Origin: a bacterium
Lineage (GTDB): Bacteria; UBA8248
Assembly: GCA_965202625.1 (NCBI GenBank)
Contig: CBDBBI010000010.1
Location: forward strand, 2,464,001 to 2,528,000
Direction: 5' to 3'
DNA length: 64,000 nt
This document shows positions 1 through 9,902 of the stretch, one piece after another; position 1 is the stretch's first letter; each line of letters starts with the position of its first letter. The position numbers and the translations under genes were made by a program. The notes beneath the pieces are model-generated. The model had not been told where the DNA came from and did no database searches. It was given only the letters and a program-made list of their open reading frames with translations.

Positions 1-286
1 ATCTCGCGGCGATGATGTCCTCCACGTGGGCCACCTGCTTGGGCAGGAACTCATAGCCGCCCGCGTCGAACATGGTCACGCTCACGCCGGCGTCTTTTGC
101 CGCCTGAACGCTGCCGTACCATTTCGAGAAGAAATAGGGGTCGACGCCATTCGGCACGACCACGGCGATCTTGTAATTCTTCTTCGCCTTCCTTGCCGCC
201 TCAGCGTCCGGTGCCGCTGTTATCGTTGCGAAGACGAACGTGAAGACAGAAGCGAGAACCATGAAAGAGCGAAACAGTTTTTTCAT
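1..286 (-). CDS. Sugar-type ABC transporter periplasmic binding protein (RbsB/TorT-like), runs off the window start
   Basis: Not in the ORF track. Hand translation from ATG at 286 (GGAG RBS upstream): MKKLFRSFMVLASVFTFVFATITAAPDAEAARKAKKNYKIAVVVPNGVDPYFFSKWYG...FDAGGY. Signal peptide plus type I binding-protein N-terminus; downstream of two permeases. Confidence 0.85.
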   Translation of the reverse strand, partial: MKKLFRSFMVLASVFTFVFATITAAPDAEAARKAKKNYKIAVVVPNGVDPYFFSKWYGSVQAAKDAGVSVTMFDAGGYEFLPKQVAHVEDIIAAR

Positions 287-378
287 TTTGAATCTTCTCC
301 TCGCAGAATGGGTTTCACGGACGAAATCGCTCTCCTCCGCGAAAGGAAAAATACCTGCTGCAATAATCGTATTTCCTA

Positions 379-1374
379 TTATTCCCGCCGTTTGCGGGAG
401 CTTGCCACCACAGCCGCGATGAGCAAGACGCCTACCACCACCTCCCGGGCAAACGTGCCTACGCCCAAGAGAATCAGGCCATTGAGCAAAAATGTGAGGA
501 ACAGCGTCCCGATCGCCGCTTGTACCACGCCTCCCTCTCCGCCGTGAAACGTCGTTCCTCCCACCACGGTGGCCGCCAGGGATTGAAACTCGAGCTGAAA
601 CCCCGCGAGGCCGTTCGTGGCGGGGAGTCTCGCCAAATAGAGGAACGAGGTGATGCCCACGCAGATGCCGCTGATCAGATAGCAAATGAGTTTCACCTTG
701 CCTGTATCGATGCCCGAGAGGCGCGCGGCCTCTTCGTTCCCGCCGGTCAAATATATCGCCCGGCCCAGTATCGTTCGTTTTGTCAGCAGGTAGAGAGCGA
801 TGAAAAAGACGATGGCGATGAAGAGCGTTCCAGGAATGTGAAAGAAATCCGTGAGGCCGATGGCTTGCAGAATGTCTTTTTGTTTACCCGTGAACTGATG
901 AATGGTGCGCCCGCCCGTAAAGACCAAGGCGATGCCGGCACAGATGAAAAGCATGCTCAGGGTGACGATGAAGGGCTGTATCTTCACGCGGCCTACGAGG
1001 TAGCCGTTGATGAAGCCGAACATCGTCGCCATTGCGATGCCCATCAAAACGCCCACCGCGAGGCCGAAGTCCAGAATGCCTTGGGCCATCACCACGCTGG
1101 AGAGGCTGAGCAGGGAGCCCTGGCTCAGGTCGATTCCCGACACGAGCAGCACCATGCTTTGGCCGGCGACGATGAAGAACAGGAGAGAGGCGTTCCTGAG
1201 CTGGTTGGTCAGGTTATGGGTTTCGATGAAGTTGTGCACGTAGCCCATCAACTGAAGAAGGTAGAAAACGACCATCATTATGATGAACACCATGAACAAA
1301 CCGTATTTCTCGTAATTGAACATGGTCAGGAAAGAGGCGGAAGGTCTGGATGGGGTCTCCGCTATGTTTGCCAT
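379..1374 (-). CDS. ABC transporter permease, RbsC family
   Basis: GIDLSQG, PFIVTL, GGNEEAARLSGI and ATVVGGT..GGEG motifs; multiple hydrophobic helices. Confidence 0.93.
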   Translation of the reverse strand: MANIAETPSRPSASFLTMFNYEKYGLFMVFIIMMVVFYLLQLMGYVHNFIETHNLTNQLRNASLLFFIVAGQSMVLLVSGIDLSQGSLLSLSSVVMAQGILDFGLAVGVLMGIAMATMFGFINGYLVGRVKIQPFIVTLSMLFICAGIALVFTGGRTIHQFTGKQKDILQAIGLTDFFHIPGTLFIAIVFFIALYLLTKRTILGRAIYLTGGNEEAARLSGIDTGKVKLICYLISGICVGITSFLYLARLPATNGLAGFQLEFQSLAATVVGGTTFHGGEGGVVQAAIGTLFLTFLLNGLILLGVGTFAREVVVGVLLIAAVVASSRKRRE

Positions 1375-1389
1375 GATGTGGAGTCTCCC

Positions 1390-2403
1390 TTAGTTTTTTC
1401 GCTCGCGCAGGGTGCTGACCCAGATGGAGGAGAGGATGACCAAACCGACGATGATTTGCTGCCGGTAGGTGTCGATTCCCATGATGTTCAGTCCGTTCAC
1501 GAGGAATATGATCAGAAAAACGCCGAGTGTTGTGCCCAACACGCCGCCTCGTCCTCCGAAGATATGCGTGCCGCCGATGATGGTCGCCCCGATCGATTGG
1601 AGCAACTGATCACCGCCGCCCAGCCTCGGCTCGCCCGCCGCGCTGACGTTCGCTGAGAGAAGAAGGCCCGCGAAGCCGCACAAAAGTCCGCCGATGCCGA
1701 AAATGGCGATCTTCATGGCGGGAAAGTTGATGCCTGCGGAAATCGCCGTCTGTTCGTTTCCGCCAAGAGCGTATACGTAGGTGCCAAAGCGGGTGTGTTT
1801 GAGTAAATACCACATGGACGCCAGCGCGATAAGTATCCAGATGAACGTGAACGGAACCGGCCCTAAGTTTCCTTTCGCCAAGAATACGTATGCCTCCTCA
1901 ACATGTTTTTGTAGCGTCGCGCCCTCTCTCGCGCCCCCCATTTGAAGGCCGCCGGTCCAAAGTTGCGCTGTACCGCTTCCGACGAAGAGCATCCCCAATG
2001 TGGCGATGAACGGCTGAACCCTGACCACGCCGACGAGGAACCCGTTGATGACGCCGCACAACAGGCCGATGCCGATGCCGGCGATGAGGCCGACGAAAAA
2101 CCCGAAGTGCAGCATCGCGCTCCAGGCCATCACGCTCACCACGCTCATGATCGAACCCTGGGATAGGTCAAATCCCCCCGAGAGAATGACCAACGTTTGC
2201 GCGTAGGCGAGGAAGAAGAGCCAGGCGTCGCGTCGCACGACGTTAGCGAAGTTCTCGAGGGTCAGGAAATTCTCGGTCGCAAAGGTGTAGAAGATCATCA
2301 AAACGGCGAACGCGAAGATGAGGAGCGCGCGTTCCCACGGGATATCCTTGGCCGGGTATCCCAGAATGCGCTTTTCATACCCCATAGATGTCGCAGCACT
2401 CAT
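1390..2403 (-). CDS. ABC transporter permease, RbsC family
   Basis: GGFDLSQG, PFIATLG, YALGGNE and IIGGT..GGRG motifs. Confidence 0.93.
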   Translation of the reverse strand: MSAATSMGYEKRILGYPAKDIPWERALLIFAFAVLMIFYTFATENFLTLENFANVVRRDAWLFFLAYAQTLVILSGGFDLSQGSIMSVVSVMAWSAMLHFGFFVGLIAGIGIGLLCGVINGFLVGVVRVQPFIATLGMLFVGSGTAQLWTGGLQMGGAREGATLQKHVEEAYVFLAKGNLGPVPFTFIWILIALASMWYLLKHTRFGTYVYALGGNEQTAISAGINFPAMKIAIFGIGGLLCGFAGLLLSANVSAAGEPRLGGGDQLLQSIGATIIGGTHIFGGRGGVLGTTLGVFLIIFLVNGLNIMGIDTYRQQIIVGLVILSSIWVSTLRERKN

Positions 2404-2458
2404 TGCGCCTAAACTCCTATCGCTCGCATTTGGGCGAAACGTTCCGGCAAAACGCGGA

Positions 2459-4420
2459 TCATTCCGCCGTCATGGCGTAGCGCAGAATTTGCTCTTGCGT
2501 CGCGTCTTCCCTGCCGATATTCGCGGTGAGCCGTCCCTCGCGCATCACCAAAATGCGGTCGCTCATTCCGAGAATCTCCGGCAGTTCGCTTGAGATCATC
2601 ATCACCGCCGCGCCGTCCTTGGCGAGTTGCAGCATCTGTGAGTGGACCTCAAACTTCGCGCCTATGTCGATCCCGCGAGTCGGCTCGTCGAAGATGAGCA
2701 CGTTGGCGCGCCTGAAGAGCCACTTGGCGAGAACGACCTTTTGCTGGTTGCCGCCCGATAGAAAACGTACCTGCGTCTCCTGGCTCGGCGTTATGATTTT
2801 GAGCTGATTGATGTGCGTATCCACGAGGTCCTTCTCCATGCCCAAATTGAGCAGCCACCATCGCTTGATGAGGCGGATAAGGTTCGCGCTCGTGGTGTTG
2901 AAGGCGACTGAGAGTACCTGGGTGAGGCCCTGGGTTTTTCTGTCCTCGGGCAACAGCCCAAGCCCTCGTCGTATAGCCAGGCTCGGAGTCCACTTGCGCT
3001 CATGGGTGAGCGTTTTCAAGAATCGAATGAGGACCATGGCGACGCCGCCCCAGATCATGACCCATTCGAGAACGAAATTTTGGGTGAACAAACTCGTCAC
3101 GACCATCGCGCATGTCGCCAGGGCGTACCAGTTTGCGAAGTCGAAAGCCATGGTGTGCCAGTGATACTGCCGTTCCAGAAACCAGAGCCCTGCCTGCCGT
3201 ATGACGGCCAGCCCGGCGGCGGCGACGTAGGGAGCCGGTCCATCCGGTATGTTGTACAAGGGTCCACCGAGTGTCCACTCGTAAAACCACGCGCTGCTGA
3301 ACAAAGGAGGAGGCGTGTTCATGTTGAGCGTGATAGGGTCGTAAATTCCCTGAAAAATCACGGTGAAGAGGGGTAAAGCCAGAATGAAGACGACCACGTC
3401 CACGATTGCGATCCAAAATGGGTAATGCGGGAGACGCTGAATATATTCTTTCTCTTTTGTCGCGCTTGTCATCTCTACGGTACCGCTATCCACAGGGTCC
3501 GCCCCCATGACGGCTCGGGCCATTTCGGTTCTCCCTGCGCCGACGAGACCTGAGAGGCCCACGATTTCGCCGTAATGCAGGTCGAAGTCGATGTCTTCAA
3601 ATACGCCGTTTCGTGTGAGTCCACGCACGCGCAGGGCCACTTCTCCGCGCGTCCTAGGCGTCCATGGAAATTTTTCATCTAGTGTGCGTCCCACCATCTG
3701 CGTGATCAGAAAATCAAGCGCAATGTTCTGAATTTCCCATGTGCCCATGTATTCCCCGTCGCGCAAGACTGTGACGCGATCTCCAATTTCGTGGACTTCC
3801 TCGAGCCGATGGGAAATGTAGATGATGCCAACGCCCTGCTCGCGCAGCAGCTTGACCGCCTTGAATAGTTCCTCGATCTCGTGCCCGCTTAAGGAGGAGG
3901 TGGGCTCGTCCATCACCAGAATCTTGCAGTCGAAGGCGAGCGCGCGGGCGATCTCCACCATTTGCTGATCCGCCACGCTTAAAGAGCGGATCGGCGCGTT
4001 GACGTCGATTCTCACGTCCAGGCGTTCCATGATCGCCTGTGACTCTCGTTCGACTTTTGCCCAATCCACGCGCTTCATGACGCCGGCAAGGACGGGTTCT
4101 CTGCCCAGGAATATGTTTTTTGCCACGCTTAAATCGGGCACGAGATTCAGTTCCTGGTAGATGACGCTGATGCCTAAATCGCGTCCGGTTCTGGCGTCGG
4201 AAACCACAGTGGGCGTTTCGTTGATCTCGATTTCGCCTGAATCGGCTTGATAGATGCCCGCCAAAATTTTAATGAGCGTGGATTTTCCGGCCCCGTTCTC
4301 ACCCAGGAGAATGTGAACCTCGCCTTCTCTGAGGTTGAAATCGACTTCCTTGAGCGCATGAACGCCCGGAAAGGATTTGTCGATTTTCCGCATTTGAAGC
4401 AAATTCGGGGATGTGGGCAC
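2459..4420 (-). CDS. Sugar ABC transporter ATP-binding protein (RbsA family, two NBDs) with a hydrophobic insertion in NBD2
   Basis: GENGAGKST, DEPT, GLVGAGRTE, LPEDRK, LSGGNQQK and DEPTRGIDIG motifs; ~160 extra residues between SGTVEM and PSLAIRRG. Confidence 0.92.
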   Translation of the reverse strand: MPTSPNLLQMRKIDKSFPGVHALKEVDFNLREGEVHILLGENGAGKSTLIKILAGIYQADSGEIEINETPTVVSDARTGRDLGISVIYQELNLVPDLSVAKNIFLGREPVLAGVMKRVDWAKVERESQAIMERLDVRIDVNAPIRSLSVADQQMVEIARALAFDCKILVMDEPTSSLSGHEIEELFKAVKLLREQGVGIIYISHRLEEVHEIGDRVTVLRDGEYMGTWEIQNIALDFLITQMVGRTLDEKFPWTPRTRGEVALRVRGLTRNGVFEDIDFDLHYGEIVGLSGLVGAGRTEMARAVMGADPVDSGTVEMTSATKEKEYIQRLPHYPFWIAIVDVVVFILALPLFTVIFQGIYDPITLNMNTPPPLFSSAWFYEWTLGGPLYNIPDGPAPYVAAAGLAVIRQAGLWFLERQYHWHTMAFDFANWYALATCAMVVTSLFTQNFVLEWVMIWGGVAMVLIRFLKTLTHERKWTPSLAIRRGLGLLPEDRKTQGLTQVLSVAFNTTSANLIRLIKRWWLLNLGMEKDLVDTHINQLKIITPSQETQVRFLSGGNQQKVVLAKWLFRRANVLIFDEPTRGIDIGAKFEVHSQMLQLAKDGAAVMMISSELPEILGMSDRILVMREGRLTANIGREDATQEQILRYAMTAE

Positions 4421-5193
4421 GAAAGGTCACTTTCAAAACAAGGCTTTACGAATTGGAAATGCGCGGCGAACAACCAGGGGCAAACCCCCTTTCCCCAAGT
4501 CTCTATTTTTCATTTTTGAAAACGGAAAGTACTTTATCGGAGTTGGGTTTGCTTTTCAACCTGAAAATCTTGCGGAGATCGGAGCGAAAAATGATTTCAT
4601 CAAAAATTGTGGTATGATTTGTACGTGCGCTTCAGCAAAAAATTCTTCGCATGGGGTTTTTATGCGTTTTTTCAAGATGATGGGGTTTGTCGCTCTCATT
4701 CTCATGGGCGTGACGAGCGCGGCCGTCGCGCAGACGCACGGTAAGATCGACGGCTGTTTGGCCTCGCTCTACAACTACCCCTCTGAGACGCTTCCGCATA
4801 GCGCTTCAAAGAAGGCGTCCTCGCCTTTGGAGGCGAGAGGAAAACTCCGGGTGGGCGAAGCGGGCGAGGGCGTCCATTCGCAGCTGGGTCTTCGGTTGCA
4901 ACATCACGCCAGGGAATGAACCTTCTCTCCTTGGTGACGAAATCCGTCGAGGGGCGCCCTCATCGGTCGATGACGTTTAGGCAAGTGGCGGATGGCGCAT
5001 GTTGCGCCGGCCAATCCATCCCGTCTTCAAAGCGCGCCCAAATGCTCGTGTCCCGGGCGAAGCCGCTCTCCGGTAATGCGACCAAGGCGATATCCACGAT
5101 CGCCGACTCATCAAAGCCGCTCTCGCGCAACGCCTGGAACCCCTCGTGTCTCATTCATTGTTCGTTGCGCGTGCGCGCTTTCTGGCCACGAAG

Positions 5194-5224
5194 AAAAAAC
5201 CCCCTGCCGAAGCAGGGGGTTTTT
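5194..5224. terminator. Bidirectional Rho-independent terminator
   Basis: AAAAAACCCCCTGC-CGAA-GCAGGGGGTTTTT hairpin just downstream of the TAXI gene. Confidence 0.85.
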
Positions 5225-5241
5225 AGGGATTTTGTTGATTT

Positions 5242-6220
5242 TTACATCATGCCGGCTTCTTTCCAGTAGCGCGCCGCGCCGGGATGCATTTTGAGTTTTT
5301 TCAAGCCGCGAAGTCCGGTCTTTTTGGTGATGAACTTTCCAGCAGGATGGTATTTGGTGATTTGCTCGTGATTGTCATAGAGGGATTTGACGATCGCATA
5401 TGCGTTGTCGTTGCTCATCTTGCTGTTGGTCATAATGGTCCACATCTGGCCCCAACTCACGACGTCCTTGTCGTAGCCTGGAATGGAGCCGGCGCTGACG
5501 ACGTCGCGCACGATGCCCGCTTCGTTCTCGGCCAGTTTTTTGATCGTGGCTTCATCCGGGCCAAAGAAGTGAAGTTTGCCCGAGAGAGTGCGCGACAGGT
5601 CCATATACACGGGCGCGGGAACGCCCCCGTTCAGGAAGAAAAAGCCGGCGTCCACCCTTTGGTCTTTGAGGGCGGCGGAATTCTGGTTGTTGTTGAAGAA
5701 TTCCCGTTTCACCTTCTCGAACATGCCGCTGTGCTTGAGCGCGATTTGCGTAACGATGTAAATTGAGCCGCCGCGACCGCCGACGACGAATCTTTTGCCG
5801 TCCAGGTCGGCCCAGTTCTTGATTCCCGTGGATTTGAAGGTGGTGTAGACGACCGTCAGCGGATAAAGAGCGCCAAGCGCCATAACGTCTTGGGGCTTCT
5901 TGAAGGGTTTTCTGCCCGTTTGCCCCCAGGCGACGGCTGGTGCCGTGGCCATGCCCATGCGGAAGGGCTGGTTTTTGTTTTTCTTCTGAAGGATGCGGAC
6001 GTTGGCGGTAGAGCCGCCTGTGACGGATGCGGATACCGAAATCTTTCCGCCCGAGTTATCCGTGATGACTTTGCCCATCGCGGTTCCGATCTCGAAGGTG
6101 GCACCGCCGGGCTGGGACGTTCCCAGAAGTATTTTGGCTGCGTCCGCCATCGGGGCCGTCCCGACAATAAAGGCGAGGCCTGCTGCCAAGGTAAGCAGGC
6201 GAAGCGTGGACTTGCTCATT
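5242..6220 (-). CDS. TAXI-family TRAP transporter solute receptor
   Basis: Signal peptide, GTSQPGG, TGGSTANV and terminal HPGAARYWKE motifs; GGAG RBS upstream of MSKSTL. Confidence 0.92.
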
Positions 6221-6513
6221 TGCATCTCCTTTTGGGTATAAAGGTTGCTTGACTCCACTCTTGTTTCGATTCGTGATGCCGAAACGCATGAATAGACACC
6301 AAGCGTTCAGGTTTTCCAAATTCTTGATGCTGATACTAAAGCAAAACCTCGTAGTTTGGTCAAGTACTGAAATGCGCAGCGCGGAAGGTTTGATCGAGAA
6401 ATTGCGTGAGTCACTGGAAAAAGAGGGAGGCTATCCGTTAGAATGAATAGGTTCAAGTCCATCGCTTCGTTTCGTCATGGCGCATCCACCACGGTGGAGA
6501 AAGAAGGAGACTC

Positions 6514-9500
6514 ATGAGCACTGAATCAGACCCCACCCGGTCGGCTCCTCTCGTCCGGGCTCTGGTTTTCATCACGTCCTGGCTGTGCGTGCTCTCTGGC
6601 TTGTACCACATTTCGGCAGTCTATCTGCGGCCCTTGCCAGGCGAGATGCACCCCAACATGCACATGCTGCTCGCTTACGCCATTCTTCTCATCGGCGGCG
6701 CCGGGGCGATGCCCCAGATTTACGGAGACAAGATTCGGAAGTTGCAGTTTTTGCCCGTTTTGTATCTTTTCTCTTTGGTTCCCGCCGTTATTTTTTACTA
6801 TTTCGTCTATGAGATGGGAGAAGACTGGTCCGACGCGAGCGTTTGGTGGGTGTATGCGCTTCCGTTTTTCATATGGATGGCGATGATGGTCATGGAGAAG
6901 TCGTGGCTCGCGCTCCTGCTCTGGATTTTGGGCTTTGCTCCGGCACCGATACTGTTCTGGTATTGGGATTCCCTGCCCGAGAGCACGCATGAGCCCACGT
7001 TCTGGTGGCTGCTGGTCGCGTGTTCCGTCATTCCTGCGATGTGGACCTTGTTCGCGATTTTTTTCAGACCCGCCGAGGGCGTGAGAAAAGCGGGCGTCTT
7101 CCTCGTGGTGTTTTTCGTGGCGCTCATCCTGGGCGGGTGGCGGATAGGTTTGTGGGCCGCGCAGAGCGATGCGGTGCGAAGCGTGTTTTACCTTTGGCCG
7201 GTCGCCATATGCGCTTTTCCGCTTTTTTGGGCGAAAAAACGCGCCAAGGAGGTATTTGAGGCTTATCCGGCACACCCTTTTCCGGCGGGATTCACGATCG
7301 GGCTGAACGCCGGAATGCTTTTCTTCGTGGCTACCGCCTGTCTGTATCTTTTCTACTACCATGAAGACATGGTGGACCGCCCCGGCGCGCCGACGATCGG
7401 CGATGCGCGCGTTGGCTTCGTCATGCTCGTCGTCGCCCTCGAACTGACGAGGCGCTGCTTCGGCCCCCCGCTTCCGACTTTGGCGGTTATCGCCTTCGCC
7501 TATGGGGTCTGGGGCAATCTGTTCGCCCCTCCATTCGGGCACGGCGGCCATACGTGGCTCGAGCTTCAGGCGAAACTCTCGACCGATTTCATCGGAGGCG
7601 TTTTGGGTTTTCTGGTGGTCATCTCGGCCACGTTCATTATCATGTTCTTGATCTTGGGGGCGTTCCTGCACGAATCGGGCGCCGGACGCTTTTTCGTAAA
7701 TTTCGCCTTGGGCCTGTTCGGAAAGATGCGCGCGGGCGCGGGCCTCGCCGCGGTGGGATCAAGCGCGCTCATGGGCACGGTATCGGGCAGCGCTTCCGGC
7801 AACGTCGTCACCACCGGCACGTTCACGATTCCGCTGATGAAGCGCATCGGACTGAGTCCGCACATTGCCGGGGCGGCGGAGGCGGCGGCCAGCAGCGGCG
7901 GGCAGATCATGCCTCCCGTCATGGGCGCGGGCGCCTTCATCATGAGCGAACTCATTGAGGTGCCGTATTTCCAGCTCATCGGATACGCTACCATTCCGGC
8001 GATTTTGTATTTCACCATCGTGGGGATCAACATCCACTTCGCGGCCGGGGCGCTGAACATTCAGCCGTTGCCCAGTTCCGAGATTCCGAGCTGGAGGGCG
8101 GAGCTGAGAGACGGGTGGTTCTATCTCGTGCCCCTGGCGTTTTTGGTCTATTTCCTCTTTGAGGGCAGAACGCCCGTGTTCGCCGGTGTGATGTCGGTTT
8201 TCATCATGGTGGGGGTGTGGTTTTATCGGAACGTGGTGGAATTTCTTGGAACATTGCGGAAGGGCGAGAAGACCATCCCCGATGAGATTTTCGTTTTCGT
8301 GCCGGTGACGTTCTGGGTTTTCGCGTTCTTCCTTTTTGGACTTCTCACGGTTTTGGAGTGGGGTCTCGCGCTGCCGCTGGGAATGTATGGAGCACCCACC
8401 TGGGGCGGGGCCATGCGCGCCGCCCTGGCGTTGGGCGTCGCCGGCTTCGTCCTCCTCAGCGTTTTCACCCGCGCTCTCTCCTGGGCGGGCGAGTTTTGGG
8501 CGGAGACAGAGCGCAATTGGCTCGGCATCTTCCCGCTCGCTTTTCTGGGCTTGTGGGGCGTTTTCGGCCTCTCCTCGGGCGTGATCGGAGCCGCCGTTGT
8601 TCTGGCTCTCCTCGGCGCGCGCGCCGTCCTCAAAGGCAACGCCCCGCAGCCCGCCGCGACCATACCCTGGTATTTCGCCATGATTTGGGTGGGCGCCTAT
8701 TACGTCCAGACGGGGCTCTACGCGCTCCTTCCGGGGCTTGCGAACTTTGGCGAATGGTTCACCCCCTTCGGGTTCATCTACCACGCGCTCATCTTTTTCG
8801 GTCTCGCCGTGATCGTGCAGAAGGTCATTCTTTCGTTTGGTTCGCAGGCGGCGGAAGCGGATAGGCAGACGCCGAGCGTCAGGCAGGTGCTGGCCGTATC
8901 CTGTAATCCGTTCACCTATCTGGGATGGGCGAACAAGGGGGGCGAGACGGGAGCGGGGGTGCGCGCCGCCCAGGGTGCCTCCAGGTGGATTTTGAGCATC
9001 CGCGACGCCTTGCGGGTGGGGGGCAGGCAAGGGGCGGAATTCGCCGTGACGCTCGCCACCATTGAAGTCGTCGTCCAGGTACTGACCATCACGGGCGTGG
9101 GCAACAAGTTCGCCTTCATGATAGAGGCTCTCTCCAAGGACTTATGCCTGTTCGGGGCGGCGGCCGGCGGCGGGTGTGCGTATTACATCGGTCTTGACGG
9201 CTTCTTCGTCGCCTTGCTGCTGACGGCGGTTTGCTGCGCGATTCTGGGCATGGGGATGCCGACGACGGCCGCCTACGTGCTGCTCGCCATTCTGGGCGGA
9301 CCCGTGCTGATCAAACTCGTCGGCCCCGAGCTCACGCACGTCTATGGAGCGGAGTGGACGCAAGCGTTCGTGGCCGCCAAAGGCGACCGGGTGGCCGCCC
9401 ACATGTTCATCTTTTATTTCGCGATACTCTCCGCCATCACTCCGCCCGTGGCGATAGCCTCGCTCGTGGGGGCCAAGCTGGCGGGGGCGACTTACTTCAA

Positions 9501-9855
9501 GACGTCCATGATGTCGCTGCGCTTCGCCATCGTGGGCTTCATCGTTCCCTTTTTGTTCATGTTCGACCCGGCTCTGCTCACCTTCGGACATCCGGCGCGC
9601 GTCGCCCTTTCCGCGTCCATGACCCTTCTGGGCTTCGTCGCCTTCTCGGCCGGAACGCAGGGCTGGCTTCTGGACAGGCTCCATGGATACGAGCGCATTC
9701 TCTTGTTCGTCTGTTTCGTCTCGCTCATCCTGTTCGTCATCTTCTTCAGCTTCGCCATGCTGGCGACGGGCCTGGTGTGCGGAGGCATTCCGCTCGTCCG
9801 GCAAATGCGGGACAGGGGGGCAAGCGCGGGACAGGAGGGGAGGCTGAACGCCTGA
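6514..9855 (+). CDS. TRAP transporter fused 4TM/12TM permease, unusually long (1113 aa)
   Basis: GTVSGSASGNVVTTGTFTIPLMKR, SSGGQIMPPVMGAGAF, LGMGMPTTAAY and LSAITPPVA motifs; divergent from the TAXI receptor. Confidence 0.92.
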   Translation: MSTESDPTRSAPLVRALVFITSWLCVLSGLYHISAVYLRPLPGEMHPNMHMLLAYAILLIGGAGAMPQIYGDKIRKLQFLPVLYLFSLVPAVIFYYFVYEMGEDWSDASVWWVYALPFFIWMAMMVMEKSWLALLLWILGFAPAPILFWYWDSLPESTHEPTFWWLLVACSVIPAMWTLFAIFFRPAEGVRKAGVFLVVFFVALILGGWRIGLWAAQSDAVRSVFYLWPVAICAFPLFWAKKRAKEVFEAYPAHPFPAGFTIGLNAGMLFFVATACLYLFYYHEDMVDRPGAPTIGDARVGFVMLVVALELTRRCFGPPLPTLAVIAFAYGVWGNLFAPPFGHGGHTWLELQAKLSTDFIGGVLGFLVVISATFIIMFLILGAFLHESGAGRFFVNFALGLFGKMRAGAGLAAVGSSALMGTVSGSASGNVVTTGTFTIPLMKRIGLSPHIAGAAEAAASSGGQIMPPVMGAGAFIMSELIEVPYFQLIGYATIPAILYFTIVGINIHFAAGALNIQPLPSSEIPSWRAELRDGWFYLVPLAFLVYFLFEGRTPVFAGVMSVFIMVGVWFYRNVVEFLGTLRKGEKTIPDEIFVFVPVTFWVFAFFLFGLLTVLEWGLALPLGMYGAPTWGGAMRAALALGVAGFVLLSVFTRALSWAGEFWAETERNWLGIFPLAFLGLWGVFGLSSGVIGAAVVLALLGARAVLKGNAPQPAATIPWYFAMIWVGAYYVQTGLYALLPGLANFGEWFTPFGFIYHALIFFGLAVIVQKVILSFGSQAAEADRQTPSVRQVLAVSCNPFTYLGWANKGGETGAGVRAAQGASRWILSIRDALRVGGRQGAEFAVTLATIEVVVQVLTITGVGNKFAFMIEALSKDLCLFGAAAGGGCAYYIGLDGFFVALLLTAVCCAILGMGMPTTAAYVLLAILGGPVLIKLVGPELTHVYGAEWTQAFVAAKGDRVAAHMFIFYFAILSAITPPVAIASLVGAKLAGATYFKTSMMSLRFAIVGFIVPFLFMFDPALLTFGHPARVALSASMTLLGFVAFSAGTQGWLLDRLHGYERILLFVCFVSLILFVIFFSFAMLATGLVCGGIPLVRQMRDRGASAGQEGRLNA

Positions 9856-9902
9856 GTCAAAAGGGATTCCCCCGTCCTTTTCTCTTTTTTGAGGCACAGA
9901 CC

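Noticed and set aside
9231-9902. N-terminal extension of the M24 peptidase ORF
   Set aside because: Off-frame overlap with the TRAP permease; the RBS and domain start fit ATG 9903.
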